Source: Schmidtea polychroa
Lineage: Eukaryota
Length of the DNA: 64,000 bases
NCBI GenBank assembly: GCA_044892525.1
Contig: CM097885.1
Coordinates: forward strand, 41,790,001 to 41,854,000
Reading direction: 5' to 3'
Positions 14,764-26,832 of this stretch are shown here, piece by piece. A program made the translations under genes and the position numbers. Numbering within the stretch: the first letter of the stretch is position 1; each line of letters starts with the position of its first letter. The notes under the pieces are model-generated. The model was given only the letters and a program-made list of their open reading frames with translations. It made no database searches and was not told where the DNA came from.

Positions 14764-17076
14764 ATATATAGTATGAAATCCTCAAGACCTCTGGGCTTCT
14801 GCCTTACTACCCGAATGGCCCGTCTCTATTAGGACTTGCTATTATTTAATTACTAAAAATACTAATTTAAAAATTTTGAAATAATATAAATTGAGCGGAA
14901 GATTTTAGATAATAACTCGAAAAAAATTTGGAAAATATTACCAAGTTCAAAGTTTAAAAGAAATAATATGAGAAGGAATAAAGGAGATATCCTAAGAACT
15001 AAACGAATAAGAGAATGAACTATTAATTCTAAGGGAAATTAAGAAATTTGTGGAATTCGACAAGAAAACTAATACTTGAGGGAGAAACACTTATTGTCCA
15101 GTAGAGGAGACCTGATTAAAAAATCATTAGTTCTGTTTTAAGGATGTGATAGTGAGAAAAAGCAATTATCAGTTCATCAAATTAAATAAATTTTAAAATA
15201 TTCAAAATGTATTAGAAACTACATCTTGCTCATCCTTCTAATAAAATATTATACACGAAGTACCGGACTAGGAGTCTCCGTTACTCGTAGAGTATCTTCT
15301 TTAAAACGATCATGAGATCAAGTTCTTAAATACTTTGTTTAAATCCCTTCCAGATTTGGTTATACAAAAATTGTATATAATTGTTAGTAAATAATAAAAA
15401 TAAATAAATTTGTATTGAACACACCTTTATTTTATTTATTTGTCCCTTTGTTTGGACTCAGTAGTTTTTTTGTGTTTAGACAATAATCTCCAATGATTTT
15501 AACAACCCTAAAGAGCTTTACAAAAGTAGGGCCGAATAATTTCAGTTAATTTCTCTAAAAATGCCCATCAATTTGAGACCAATTAACTTCAACAAAATCT
15601 TTTGTCAAATATATAATTCAATTATACTTCTGAAAAAAATGGTCTCATTCTTTATAAATTTTACATAACCTTTTATACAAGTTGGTTGGAGGAAGACTTC
15701 CCATATGTCATTGTTATTTCCTAAGAATTGGTATACATTCCTTATAATAAAAATCCTAAAATGAAAGCTATTATATTCTAAGATTTTTTTAATGATTAAT
15801 AATTGTGGACAAGTGTACTAAACAATTTTATGTTGACAATTCAAACAAAACCCGAAAATCAGAAAAACACGTCCAAAGGTTAATAAAATATACTGATAAT
15901 GGAAAATAAAACTCAACGAATTTAACAAAATCCAATTGATATTTTCCGTGTTCATTTGTTATCAACAGAATGTTCACATTGAATAAAATAATTTAATCTG
16001 GAATTCATCATTCACAGTCACAAAGAGGCCGATAAAAAGTAAATTTGACAACAATGGACCAAAACGCCCACATTTAATTTATCGCGGTTTATTAGCCAAT
16101 GAAACGCTGATTAATTGACGATTTTTCAATTTCTAGTGACCAAACAAAAATCATGACAGGTCTAATGACGATTTTTTTTTATTAAATAAATTATCCACAT
16201 GTATGGGCTTGATAATGTGGCATAAAATGAAACGTCTGAAATGTCACTTCGGAACAATAATTTAATTACGGAACGCATAACCGGAATCCCTTGGGTACCG
16301 GAGACGTAACTTGTAATTTCAAGTGTGACGAATGACCAAGTAATAATGACACATTTTCCCTCCATCTATTTAGTGTTTTAAGCAAGTTTAATATATTATT
16401 TCTTTCGGTTAGGCTGAACTCAATTATCAAGTGACTGAGGAAAAGATTTACTCAACTAAATCTCTCCTATTAGGATACCGTCACAGTCAAATAGTGAGTC
16501 ACGGTTGGCAATTCATTTTTTGTAAATTTGTAAATATGGGAATTTTTATAATATTTTGCTCAGATTTCTAAACTTGATGGTTTATTGTTTTAATTTTCCA
16601 GTTGAATTATGCCAAAAAAATTTTAAATAAAAAAAATAAATGAAGGTTTTGGAAATAATGTACTGTCAAATAATTAATAAAAAAATTCATTTAAAATGGC
16701 CATGAATGAAAGTAAAAAGCCTTTTCTTCCGTAGGATTATTTTGTAAAAAATTAGGGTTCATTAAGAGATTACGTCACACTAGTTGTATTTTATAATGTA
16801 CCAGTTAGACCAAAAGAGTTCTAATTGCAACAATTTTTCTCTGCTTCAATGGTGCTGATACTTTTACTAGAAGACTGTGACAAACAAAGCTGCTACAGCA
16901 AGCTCCATGTGAGATTAGAGAACAGTTTAATAAAATGTAATATATTCCAGCAGGAATGCATGCATCCAGTGTATGAGTATAAATAAACTGTTTCAACTGT
17001 CTGTAAATTAATAATTGGCATTGTATTATGGTATCACTAGGGCACCCCATGTCGTGAATAATGAGTGGGTCTAGAG

Positions 17077-17470
17077 CAGGAGTGGCCAACCGGCGGCCCG
17101 TGGGTCATCAATTGGCGGCCCGCATGCTTTAATATTTTGAAAATATAATAAAAACTTTTTAAAATACGATATAATACAATAAATTTGCCCGATTCATTAT
17201 GCTTTATAATCAGGGCTATCAAATATAAATAGTGCCAGTTTATCCTGTACCTAAGAAGCATAATTTATTTAACATGCACGCAAATGCTTTATTGTTTTTT
17301 TAGCGGTTGTCTCAGACCCCACTACGGGCTATTACTGCGCTTCTCTTGTTCCTTAGTTGGAATTAGCACAGAAGCATTAGTTAAAAATTTACGCCTTTCA
17401 AACCTGCGGCCCGCCGCATTATTCAAAAATATTGTAATGGCCCTTTTACCAAAAAGGTTGGCCACCCCTG
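17077..17470. mobile_element. hAT MITE, 394 bp
   Basis: TIRs CAGGAGTGGCCAACC / GGTTGGCCACCCCTG; perfect 8-bp TSD GTCTAGAG (17069-17076, 17471-17478). Confidence 0.92.
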
Positions 17471-20400
17471 GTCTAGAGAAATGTAACTAAGACTGACATG
17501 GTATGCAGCTGGGCCATAAATTGTCATTTTGACGTGATATAATTATGCAATGACCCCTTTCGCTTTAATTTCTATTTTTTGCTTATTTTTGAAATTTCTT
17601 TTCTATACTTTTACTTATTAATCACTTATTAATCATTAACGTATTAACATGACTGTAATGAGATAAATTTGAACTATTGTTTTGTTCTTAGAGATGAGGC
17701 TCTATGACCATGTTTATCTTTCAGCCAATTGCATTCTATTTCCGCCTCACACAAACAGCCACCGTTTGGACTCTAAACCTGTTGTCAGTCCGTCATCCTT
17801 GGATAACGCGGTCAACATTACGTTGCAAGTGTGTTAATTTAATCGCTTGTGGATTTTGCGTGTCTATTCGCTTGTTGTTTCAAGAAGAATATGATTATGA
17901 AGGATATGGTAAATAAATTGTTTGCTGTTTTAGATAGCAAAGTAAAATTTAAAAAAATAATTTTTCCAAACCCCTACACATCATGGCATCTGATAGAAAA
18001 ATGAAAACTGTAAAACAGAACTGAGAATTCAATCAGGATTCGACGGAATCGTTTGCATTCATATGTAACACAAATGGCCTTTCAACTTGTCTCATTTACA
18101 ACGAAAATCTCGCACACAATAAGAAGGAAATTTGGAGAGACACTTTACTTCAAAACATACCCAGTTTCCTGGTAAATATCCGACCGGGGACGCACGAAAA
18201 AAAGGTCCTGAAGAGTTCCAAAAAACAACTACAGGCAAGTTCCATGCTAAGTAACTGAGCGCAATATTCCAATAGTGTAAATCTGACAAGCTTTGCATTA
18301 TCATTAGAAATTGCAAAAAGAGAAAAATAAAAAAAACAGATGGTAAGTACATCAAAGATTGTTTTATACAGTGGTGATATTCAGCCGGTACGGGGCGGTA
18401 CGCTCGTACCGGTTGTTAACATTTTTAAAATTTTCCGTACCGGTTGTTGTATATTAAAAAAAAAGTATGTTTTTAAGTAAAAGTATGTAAAAGTATAAGT
18501 ATTGATAAAAACATTCTAAATTACTAACAAAATATAAATATTTACCTGCCATTATCGATCAAATACAAAAAATCTTACAATAAAATAAAAATTTGGGATT
18601 TAAAATTTTTTTCGGTTTTAGTAAAAAAAATCTACTTAAAACTGTCTAATTTGAATTTTAGTACTTTTAATTTCCACTACAATCCAAGAGATGGCATTGA
18701 ATTATAGAACAAAATTTATGGAATTGAAAAATTCCTACTGAGCATGTGTAAAGTTGCATTTTAATAGGTGGTTTCACCGCGTAACCACTAAGCTTGAAAG
18801 GGTTAACGGAAAATTCTGTAAAAAAAATATTTTTCTTTTAATAAAAAGGGAATTTCCCTTTTTGAATACATTTTTATTTTGATATATTTACTCTAAATTA
18901 AAAGTTTAGTAGTATAAATATTTTTATGGTGAATGGTTATCCCTTACTTTTAATCTCTATTAAATTCAGTTTTAACGTGCAAGTATGAAGATTTTAAATT
19001 GATTTAAATTTCTAATTAATTATTAATTAATTATTAAATATTTTCTTTGTTTCAACCTAAGAATGAAAAGGCAAGGTAATTTGGATGACTTTTTTTAGCA
19101 AATCTATAAAAATAACCAAAAACCCTGAACAGCAAGCTGAGAATATTACTAATTCTAATCAAACAAAACAGGTAAAAGAAAAAAATGATACTTCTGAAGT
19201 TCAACACCAATCGGAAAAAGCTGGAACGTCTCGTGATGCTGCGTTATTACATTTTTGGAATGATAAACAACTAAATTATTTTAAAACTAAATACGAGTGG
19301 CTTATTGTTGTTAGCGATGAAAATGTGGGATGTCAGTGGTGTTCGAAAGTAGAATCGTTAAATTTAGAAACTGCTAAACATTTACACATTTCTGTGGAGT
19401 GGAAATCATGTTCTGTCAAAGCTCATGGCTCGAACAAAGAAAATTTACAATCATCAATGAGAAAAAAATTGAAGGAACACAATGAATCAGCTTCACATAA
19501 AAAAGCTGGGGAAATAATAAAAATTGGTGAAACAAATATAATTTCCAAATCTTTCGATGTGGCTAATGAAAAGTATTTAAACAGCACAGTAAACATTTTT
19601 AATACTATCTATTTCATGATTTTAAAAAATTAATTGATTTACAGAAAAAAAATAATGTAGATTTTGGATTTTCATTACATTCCAGATTTATAGTTCCACT
19701 TGTTCCACTATCTATTTCATGATTTTAAAAAATTAATTGATTTACAGAAAAAAAATAATGTAGATTTTGGATTTTCATTACATTCCAGATTTATAGTTCC
19801 ACTTGTCGCAAAGCTTATATCTACAGAAATAAGAAGAATTATTTTTGGAAAACTGATAAATACAGGTTGTAAAATTTCAATTATTATTGATGAAGCCTCA
19901 ACTGTTTCACACAAAAGCGTTTTAGTAGTTTATTTGAAATCTGAAATTCAAGATTCCGATGATAGTGTAACAGTTTTTATTGATCTTGTCGAATTAGAAG
20001 GAACAACATCAGAAATAATTTTTAAAACCTTAATATCAGTTCTTGAAAAACATGGTTTTAATGAAAAATATTTACATGAAAATCTTATTGGATTTTGCTC
20101 AGACGGTGCTAGTGTAATGTTAGGAAAAAAGGCTGGAGTTTCTGCAAGAATTTTAGAATATTTTCCAGGTATTAGCATCTGTCACTGTTTAGCTCATCGT
20201 ATTCAGTTAACTCTAGATGATGTTATCAAAGAAGTAAATGAAGTAAATAACTTTAGATATTTTCTCGATAAACTTTATTCGTATTATCATACTTCAAATA
20301 AACATCAACGAGAATTAAATAATGTTTCTAAAGAACTTGGCACTGAAGTACACAAAATAGGTAGAATATTTGGTCCTCGATGGGCAGCCTGTAGCGCTAG

Positions 20401-20563
20401 GACCGCCAAAGCAGTTTGGAAATCATATCAGGCCTTATATATTCACTTTAGTCAAAATAAAGAAATTGGAATAATGTCATATTTCAAAAATGAAAACTTT
20501 TTAAAAGATTTAGGTTTAATAAACGACATATTAGAAATTTCTGTACTGTCTACAGCTTTACAA

Positions 20564-21605
20564 TGTTGAGGTCTGTAAATTAAAATAAAAAATTTAAATA
20601 AAATTTAGGATAATAATTCAAATGGAAAGTAAGCGAGGAAAAATGGCAAATAAAAGCGGGATCGTGCACAGAATTAATAGTAAAGGAAAGTGCGATGGAA
20701 ACAGTATTAGAAAATGCAAACAGCAATTACGAAAGGCGAGAATCCGGAAATCCGAGAAAAATCAATAAATGGAAAAATCATCGAAATCGAATGGGAAAAA
20801 CGGGACAGGTATAGATTAGCTAATGGTCAATAAGATGATGGTTAGGGATTTATCAGAAAAGGGTTAGGAAGGGTCGAAAAACATTCAAACGTATGAAAAC
20901 AGAAAACGTTAATTAATTAATTAATTGGCTAATGAAAAACCCGAGCTAATGGAGAACCCGAGAGATAAAGGAAACCCGAGCTGGGTAAACAAGAAGAAAG
21001 GCAAACAAAAGGAAGATTTGGGCCCATTAGCTTGACACAATGATTAATGGGAAAAGAGTAAGGAGAAGATAGCGCGCGTAGGAAGACCGGTAGGGCCATT
21101 AATTATCTGGATTCGTTGGACCATTATGGATGACAGCCGAAGCAAACACGTAGGAGAAAATGTCAAACGAAAGATTGGCTCGGCAATAACCATTTGTCAT
21201 CCTGATTTCGAGGAGTATATAAGCAAAGGTAAAATCAGAGAAAATCGGCATTTTGCCTCAGGTAGAGTAAGAAGAATCGAGAATAGTCGAGAGGTAAAAA
21301 CGAATTTAGGGAAGTAGGGAAAAGAAGAAATAGAATTAAGAATACGGAAAGGCAGAAAGGGATCAAACCAAAGAGAAACCGAGGAAAAAGAGAGTCGAGA
21401 GAACTAAAGGAACAAAAGGTGAATATTGTTTGTTGGCAAAGCATCAACGCCGAGCGGAGAATCGTATAAAACTTTGATTGGTAATTGTAGCGTGATAATA
21501 AATTGTGAACCTGTTGTTTCAATATACGTTGGGTCGTTCATTGTTTTAATTTAAAGAACACCAGGAGTCAGAGAGAACCGACTTGAAATAATCCAAAACC
21601 CAACA
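20564..21605 (+). repeat. 5' LTR (1042 bp)
   Basis: TG...CA ends; TATA-like GTATATAAG at about 21215. The last 221 bp (21385-21605) are identical by eye to 28232-28452. Confidence 0.92.
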
Positions 21606-21612
21606 TATATTC

Positions 21613-21630
21613 TGGTGAGCCCGACGTGAT
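21613..21630 (+). promoter_or_regulatory. primer-binding site complementary to the tRNA-Trp 3' end
   Basis: TGGTGAGCCCGACGTGAT matches the canonical Trp PBS TGGTGACCCCGACGTGAT at 17 of 18 positions; it lies 7 nt after the LTR end. Confidence 0.85.
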
Positions 21631-21824
21631 TGAAAGTCGGAGGGAAATTATTGAAAGCTAGTGAAAAAGGAATTATAAAAAGAATTAGTACTGACGTGAG
21701 TGAAAGTCGGCTTAGAAGTTTGAAAATAGTGTTAACGAGATTATAAAAGGCTATTATTGGGAGATTTAAAAGAAGTTGAAAAGTAATTTTAAATTATTGT
21801 TTAACGTTTGAAGTTTAGCTCAAA

Positions 21825-22160
21825 GTGAACCGATACAACCTCAGAAGTCAGAAACAAGTCCAAATGGCAAATGATAATGCTGTTATGCCTCTCAATAGAG
21901 AGATGATTGATTTCGCAAGTTGCCAGAAATTACCCGTCAATCAATATGGAGGAGACCCTGTTGAATTTGCAGATTTCATGGGAGATTATTATATGTACGC
22001 CTCAGCATACGGATGGACACAAGCCATTATGGTTCAGAGATTCCCACTCTATCTGAAGGGTGCGGCAAGAGAAGCCTGGCAGCAAGTCGACAAACGAAAT
22101 GTTGGCAATGATTGGACAAAATTGAAGGATGCAATGGCACTGAAATGGAAATGCGAATAA
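21825..22160 (+). pseudogene. gag: truncated gag (N-terminal capsid portion only)
   Basis: YGGDPVEFADF...YGW...FPLYLKGAAREAW is a typical retrotransposon Gag N-terminal motif. It ends abruptly where the protease C-terminal half begins in another frame. Confidence 0.8.
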
Positions 22161-25100
22161 AGCCTACCGACGAAATAGTGAGGTCATTATCAAAAAATGA
22201 ATTAAACATAATTGGACAACTTAACGTCATATTCCATATTGGAGATCGAATAATAGCGCACGATGCGCTCATAATGAAGGGAAGTCCAGTACGATGTCTG
22301 ATCGGCATGGATATATTAGAGCAGCTGGACGGAGTCTCACTTGATTTAAAGACAGGTAATTTGATAGCAGAAGAAACAGGAGAAATAATTCACAGGGCAG
22401 GTGAAGTGTTTGTGAATCAGACATTGACAATACCACCACAATCGGAGATGGTATATTGTGCAAATACCATGAGTGTGGATAATGGTGATTTTATATTCGA
22501 ACCAAATCAAACGCTAGTCGAAAAATATGATTTACCGATATGTGACGAAGTTGTCAAAGTGGAAAATCAGATAGTACCAGTCCATATAACGAATAGCAGT
22601 AAGAAACCGGTTCAGATACACCCAAAAACAAAATTGGGAAAATTATCAAAAATGTCTATTGAAACAAATTGTAAAATACCAAGAAACGTCAAGGTGTACA
22701 AGGAGCCTGAAGTGGTAAGCAATGATTTAAATGAGACGCAGAAAAAGGAATTCACCAAACTGTTGAGAAAATACCGGGATATCTTTGCTAAACACGAATA
22801 TGATTTAGGTTTAACCAATGTAATTGAGCATGAAATACCGTTATTAGACGAAACTCCAATAAAAATAAAGCCATACAGAATCCCCTACGTTCATCAAGAT
22901 GAAAGCGATAGACAGATTACAGCAATGAAGGAATTTGGAATAATTCGAGATAGCGCGTCACCATTCTCCTCATCAATAGTGATAGTTAAGAAAAAAGATG
23001 GAGACTTACGATTTTGCGTAGATTATCGGAAGCTAAATCAAGTTACAAGGAAAGACACTTATCCAATTCCGGTACCCCAAGAAATGTTTGATCAAATGGG
23101 AGAGGCACGATATTTCACAGTTATTGATTTAAACAAAGGGTACAATCAATTTAGAGTAAAAGAGGAAGATAGAAGAAAGACGGCGTTCTCGGATGGCAAA
23201 GGACTGTATGAGTTCAATGTGTTACCATTTGGATTAACAGGAGCCCCAGCTACATTCCAACGAGGAATGAATTATGTGTTACGAGGAATTCGACATGCAT
23301 TGGTATATATCGACGATATAATAATATTTTCAAATGATTTTGAAGAACATCTGAAAGATGTAGAAACTGTATTTAAACGGCTCAAAAGTGCAAAATTAAA
23401 AATCAAACCATCGAAATGTGAATGGGGCAAAGCAGAAGTGATTTATGTCGGACATATAATATCACGGCGAGGGTTACAAACTAATCCAGATAACATCAAA
23501 AAAGTGGAAGAGTACCCAGTACCAAAAGATGCCGATGAGGTTAGACAATTTTTAGGTTTGGCTAGCTATTACCGAAAATTTATAAAAGATTTCTCTCATA
23601 TCGCACAACCATTGAATACGTTACTAAAGAAAAACAATAAATTTATTTGGGGACAAATGCAACAAAACGCTTTCAATACATTAAAAGAGAAATTAGTAAC
23701 AACTCCTATATTAAGATGTCCAGATTTTACAAAACAATTTATCTTGATGACGGATGCAAGCAACGTTGCATTGGGTGCGGTATTGGGACAAAAATTTGAA
23801 GGTGAAAAGGACCATGTAATAGCATACGCAAGCAGATCATTGAGGCCTCGCGAGAAAAACAACTCAACGATTGAAAAGGAAACGTTAGCGTTAGTGTATG
23901 GAATTACTACTTTTAGACAATATTTATTGGGCAGAAAATTTACTGTTTATACAGATCATAATCCATTACAGTGGTTAATGAAACACAGAGATTCAGCCAG
24001 TAAGTTAATACGATGGTCAATTGCCCTCCAAGAATACGACTTTGAGATTAAATACCGGACAGGTAAAGCTAACGCGAATGCAGATGCAATGTCGAGAATC
24101 CCAGAAAATAATAGTGAAGGGACACCTGAAAAAGTGGAAGGCACTATATTCGCTGCAATCAAAGCTGTTAATGATATGTCTGAACTTCAAAATGATCAGG
24201 AAAACGATAGTGAATTAAAACAATTTATGGAACAAGCGGTCAAAATAAGAAAAGAACAAGACTGGAAACGACTTACAGATGCAAACAGCAAATATGTAAT
24301 TCATAATGGAATACTTAAATGTTGGAAAAATGGGGAAGCATTAATTATTATACCAGCCAAGCACAGAGATGCATTACTGATGCAGTATCATGATGGAGCG
24401 TTGGGAGGTCATTTGTCAACGCGCAAGACGCTATCAAGATTAAAATTGAAATACTTTTGGCCGACAATGGAACAAGACGTGAAAAATTGGTGTAACAGTT
24501 GCAAAGTATGCATCACCCGCAGAAATACTGGTAAAAAGATTAAAGTACCATTAAAACCGATGCCAGTACCTGCAGCACCAATGGAGATGACGGCAATGGA
24601 TATTCTGGGACCATTACCGGAAACAACAAAAGGAAACAAATACATTGTTGTTTTTTGTGACTACTTTACCAAATGGCCAGAAGCATACGCTATTCCAAAC
24701 CAAAAAGCAGATACGATTGCTAGAATATTTGTGGAAAACATAATATTTCGCTATGGTACTCCAAAGAAATTGTTAACTGATCAAGGAAAGAACTTTCAAA
24801 GCGAGATGTTTAAATCAATCACAGACTTATTTGGAATTTGGAAATTGAATACGTCACCATATCATCCACAAACTGATGGATTGGTGGAACGATTTAATGG
24901 GACACTGATAAATATGATCTCATCATATGTGAATCGAAAACAGAAAGATTGGGACGACTTCATAAAGCCGTGTCTATTTGCCTACAGAAATGCAGTAAAT
25001 CAAAGTACAGGAGAGACCCCTTTTTACTTGATGTATTTAAGGAAAAATAATATGCCGATTGATCTCAAATTCCAACCACCAATTTCACAATATATGGAGA

Positions 25101-26653
25101 TACCCGATTATAAAGCATTGATGCAAGAAAGAATGCAGTCAGTATGGACTAAAGCCGGTTTGACAATAAAGCACAACCAAGAGAAATATAAAGAATCATA
25201 CGATAAAAAAGCACATGCGCATGGCATAAAGATTGGAGATCTATTATATCTGAACAGACCGGAACCTCTCAAAGGTTTATCGCCTAAATTGCAAAGACCA
25301 TTTAAAGGACCCTACAAAGTGTGCGACACCACCGAAACCAATTTGAAGTTATTACCATTCAGGAGTAAAAAGGCTAACCCGATGATTGTGCATGCAAATC
25401 GATGTAAACTAGTGCCAGAGGAAGATGAATCTAGATACCCCTTAAGATCCAAGCAGAATAAAGTAACGGGTCAAACAAAATTGAAACAGAAATTCACGAA
25501 AAATCCAACACCAGTCAGCTACATCAATAAGATATTATATGTAGCAATAATGCTGATGTTAGTAACAGTTGCGAGCGGCAAAAAGATTGATTTACCATAT
25601 GCGGTAAACAAAATCCGAGGAATGGAGAAAATACATATATATTCCACTCTAACAAATATAGTATGGAGCTGTAAATGCGAGATCGCAGACCAAATAGAAA
25701 TTATTAATTTACTAGACAATACGGCACCAGTGGTAGAACTGAATTATGATAAAGATATAGTTGCGGTACGAAAGTTAAAGCCAAATTACAAATACCAATG
25801 GCTGTTGAGACAGAACATGTCAAAGTGGTACACGCAAATTCCGATAGAAGTGCACACAAAAGAGATGCGAAACTTGATCGAGATAGAACCAGAGATAAAC
25901 GGAATCAATATATATTGGAAGCCAGTGGACTTGGTGAAAGTGCGAATCACATTTCAAGGGTTAAATGTCAACACCCTTAACTCGCGAAAATCATTTATCC
26001 GCTACGAGAAATTGAAAATGAATCAAAATTATTCAGTTAATGCAAACTACTACGAGAACATATGCCTCGAAAATGGAACGGTAGTGAGAAACCAATGGTC
26101 ACGATTTAAGAGTGAGACCCAGTCTATCTATCTCAGAGACGAGTCAAATCGTATAACCCTGAGTGTTGGAAATGGACCGGTAACAATATATAGAAAATCA
26201 GGAAATGATGAAAGAGTTGTTATTATCTACAAACAAAAAACCCTGACTATATTAGATGCCGGTAATCATTTTTTTACACTTTACACTTCTGATTTAGAGA
26301 CGGCATGGGAATTAACAGTTAAATATCAGCGATGGATAACCGATCCAGGCAGATGGCAAACAGTTTTCGTGGAAGTCAAGACAATCAATGAATCGAAACG
26401 AAAATCATATACAACCACATCACCTTTCCAATTACCGACCCAAGAGACGACAGAACCTAACTCAAACAAACTAATGATGATAAATTCGGATTTGACAGTC
26501 AACTATTGTGAATATCTCATTTACATTCTAATAACAGGTTTTCTCATCTTATCAATAACATTCATAATCATCACCATCATGATATGTGTAAAAGAGAGAC
26601 AACTAACTATCCTTCAACCACCATCATATTCATATTATGAGACAAGACTATAA
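22112..26653 (+). CDS. pol: Pol polyprotein (partial protease, RT, RNase H, integrase) fused in frame to a C-terminal type-I membrane protein (aa ~1141-1513)
   Basis: Open frame of 1513 codons. Motifs: LIGMDIL (protease C-terminus, catalytic D-S/T-G absent), RFCVDYRKLN, LPFGL, YIDD, TDAS, YTDH, H-x6-H...C-x2-C, D-D-E core (MDILGP, TDQG, LVERFN), FKGPY. These are followed by two hydrophobic segments bracketing a ~310-aa ectodomain. Confidence 0.93.
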   Translation: MDKIEGCNGTEMEMRIKPTDEIVRSLSKNELNIIGQLNVIFHIGDRIIAHDALIMKGSPVRCLIGMDILEQLDGVSLDLKTGNLIAEETGEIIHRAGEVFVNQTLTIPPQSEMVYCANTMSVDNGDFIFEPNQTLVEKYDLPICDEVVKVENQIVPVHITNSSKKPVQIHPKTKLGKLSKMSIETNCKIPRNVKVYKEPEVVSNDLNETQKKEFTKLLRKYRDIFAKHEYDLGLTNVIEHEIPLLDETPIKIKPYRIPYVHQDESDRQITAMKEFGIIRDSASPFSSSIVIVKKKDGDLRFCVDYRKLNQVTRKDTYPIPVPQEMFDQMGEARYFTVIDLNKGYNQFRVKEEDRRKTAFSDGKGLYEFNVLPFGLTGAPATFQRGMNYVLRGIRHALVYIDDIIIFSNDFEEHLKDVETVFKRLKSAKLKIKPSKCEWGKAEVIYVGHIISRRGLQTNPDNIKKVEEYPVPKDADEVRQFLGLASYYRKFIKDFSHIAQPLNTLLKKNNKFIWGQMQQNAFNTLKEKLVTTPILRCPDFTKQFILMTDASNVALGAVLGQKFEGEKDHVIAYASRSLRPREKNNSTIEKETLALVYGITTFRQYLLGRKFTVYTDHNPLQWLMKHRDSASKLIRWSIALQEYDFEIKYRTGKANANADAMSRIPENNSEGTPEKVEGTIFAAIKAVNDMSELQNDQENDSELKQFMEQAVKIRKEQDWKRLTDANSKYVIHNGILKCWKNGEALIIIPAKHRDALLMQYHDGALGGHLSTRKTLSRLKLKYFWPTMEQDVKNWCNSCKVCITRRNTGKKIKVPLKPMPVPAAPMEMTAMDILGPLPETTKGNKYIVVFCDYFTKWPEAYAIPNQKADTIARIFVENIIFRYGTPKKLLTDQGKNFQSEMFKSITDLFGIWKLNTSPYHPQTDGLVERFNGTLINMISSYVNRKQKDWDDFIKPCLFAYRNAVNQSTGETPFYLMYLRKNNMPIDLKFQPPISQYMEIPDYKALMQERMQSVWTKAGLTIKHNQEKYKESYDKKAHAHGIKIGDLLYLNRPEPLKGLSPKLQRPFKGPYKVCDTTETNLKLLPFRSKKANPMIVHANRCKLVPEEDESRYPLRSKQNKVTGQTKLKQKFTKNPTPVSYINKILYVAIMLMLVTVASGKKIDLPYAVNKIRGMEKIHIYSTLTNIVWSCKCEIADQIEIINLLDNTAPVVELNYDKDIVAVRKLKPNYKYQWLLRQNMSKWYTQIPIEVHTKEMRNLIEIEPEINGINIYWKPVDLVKVRITFQGLNVNTLNSRKSFIRYEKLKMNQNYSVNANYYENICLENGTVVRNQWSRFKSETQSIYLRDESNRITLSVGNGPVTIYRKSGNDERVVIIYKQKTLTILDAGNHFFTLYTSDLETAWELTVKYQRWITDPGRWQTVFVEVKTINESKRKSYTTTSPFQLPTQETTEPNSNKLMMINSDLTVNYCEYLIYILITGFLILSITFIIITIMICVKERQLTILQPPSYSYYETRL

Positions 26654-26832
26654 ATTGTGATCTGCATGAATAGTGTATAAAAAAAATATATTACATTTAT
26701 ATTAACAATGTGCATGTTTTATAAGTACCATAGGATGAACTGTGTAATTTGTTTGAGATTCGAAGCGAGGTGTTGATGCTTTGCGAATAAAGAGTGATAC
26801 AAAAAAAAATAACTATCATTTAATTTCAGAGA

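Noticed and set aside
25532..26653. Classical errantivirus F-type or retroviral Env
   Set aside because: Too short and Cys-poor, with no evident furin site followed by a fusion peptide and no heptad repeats; reported instead as an FN3-like membrane protein.
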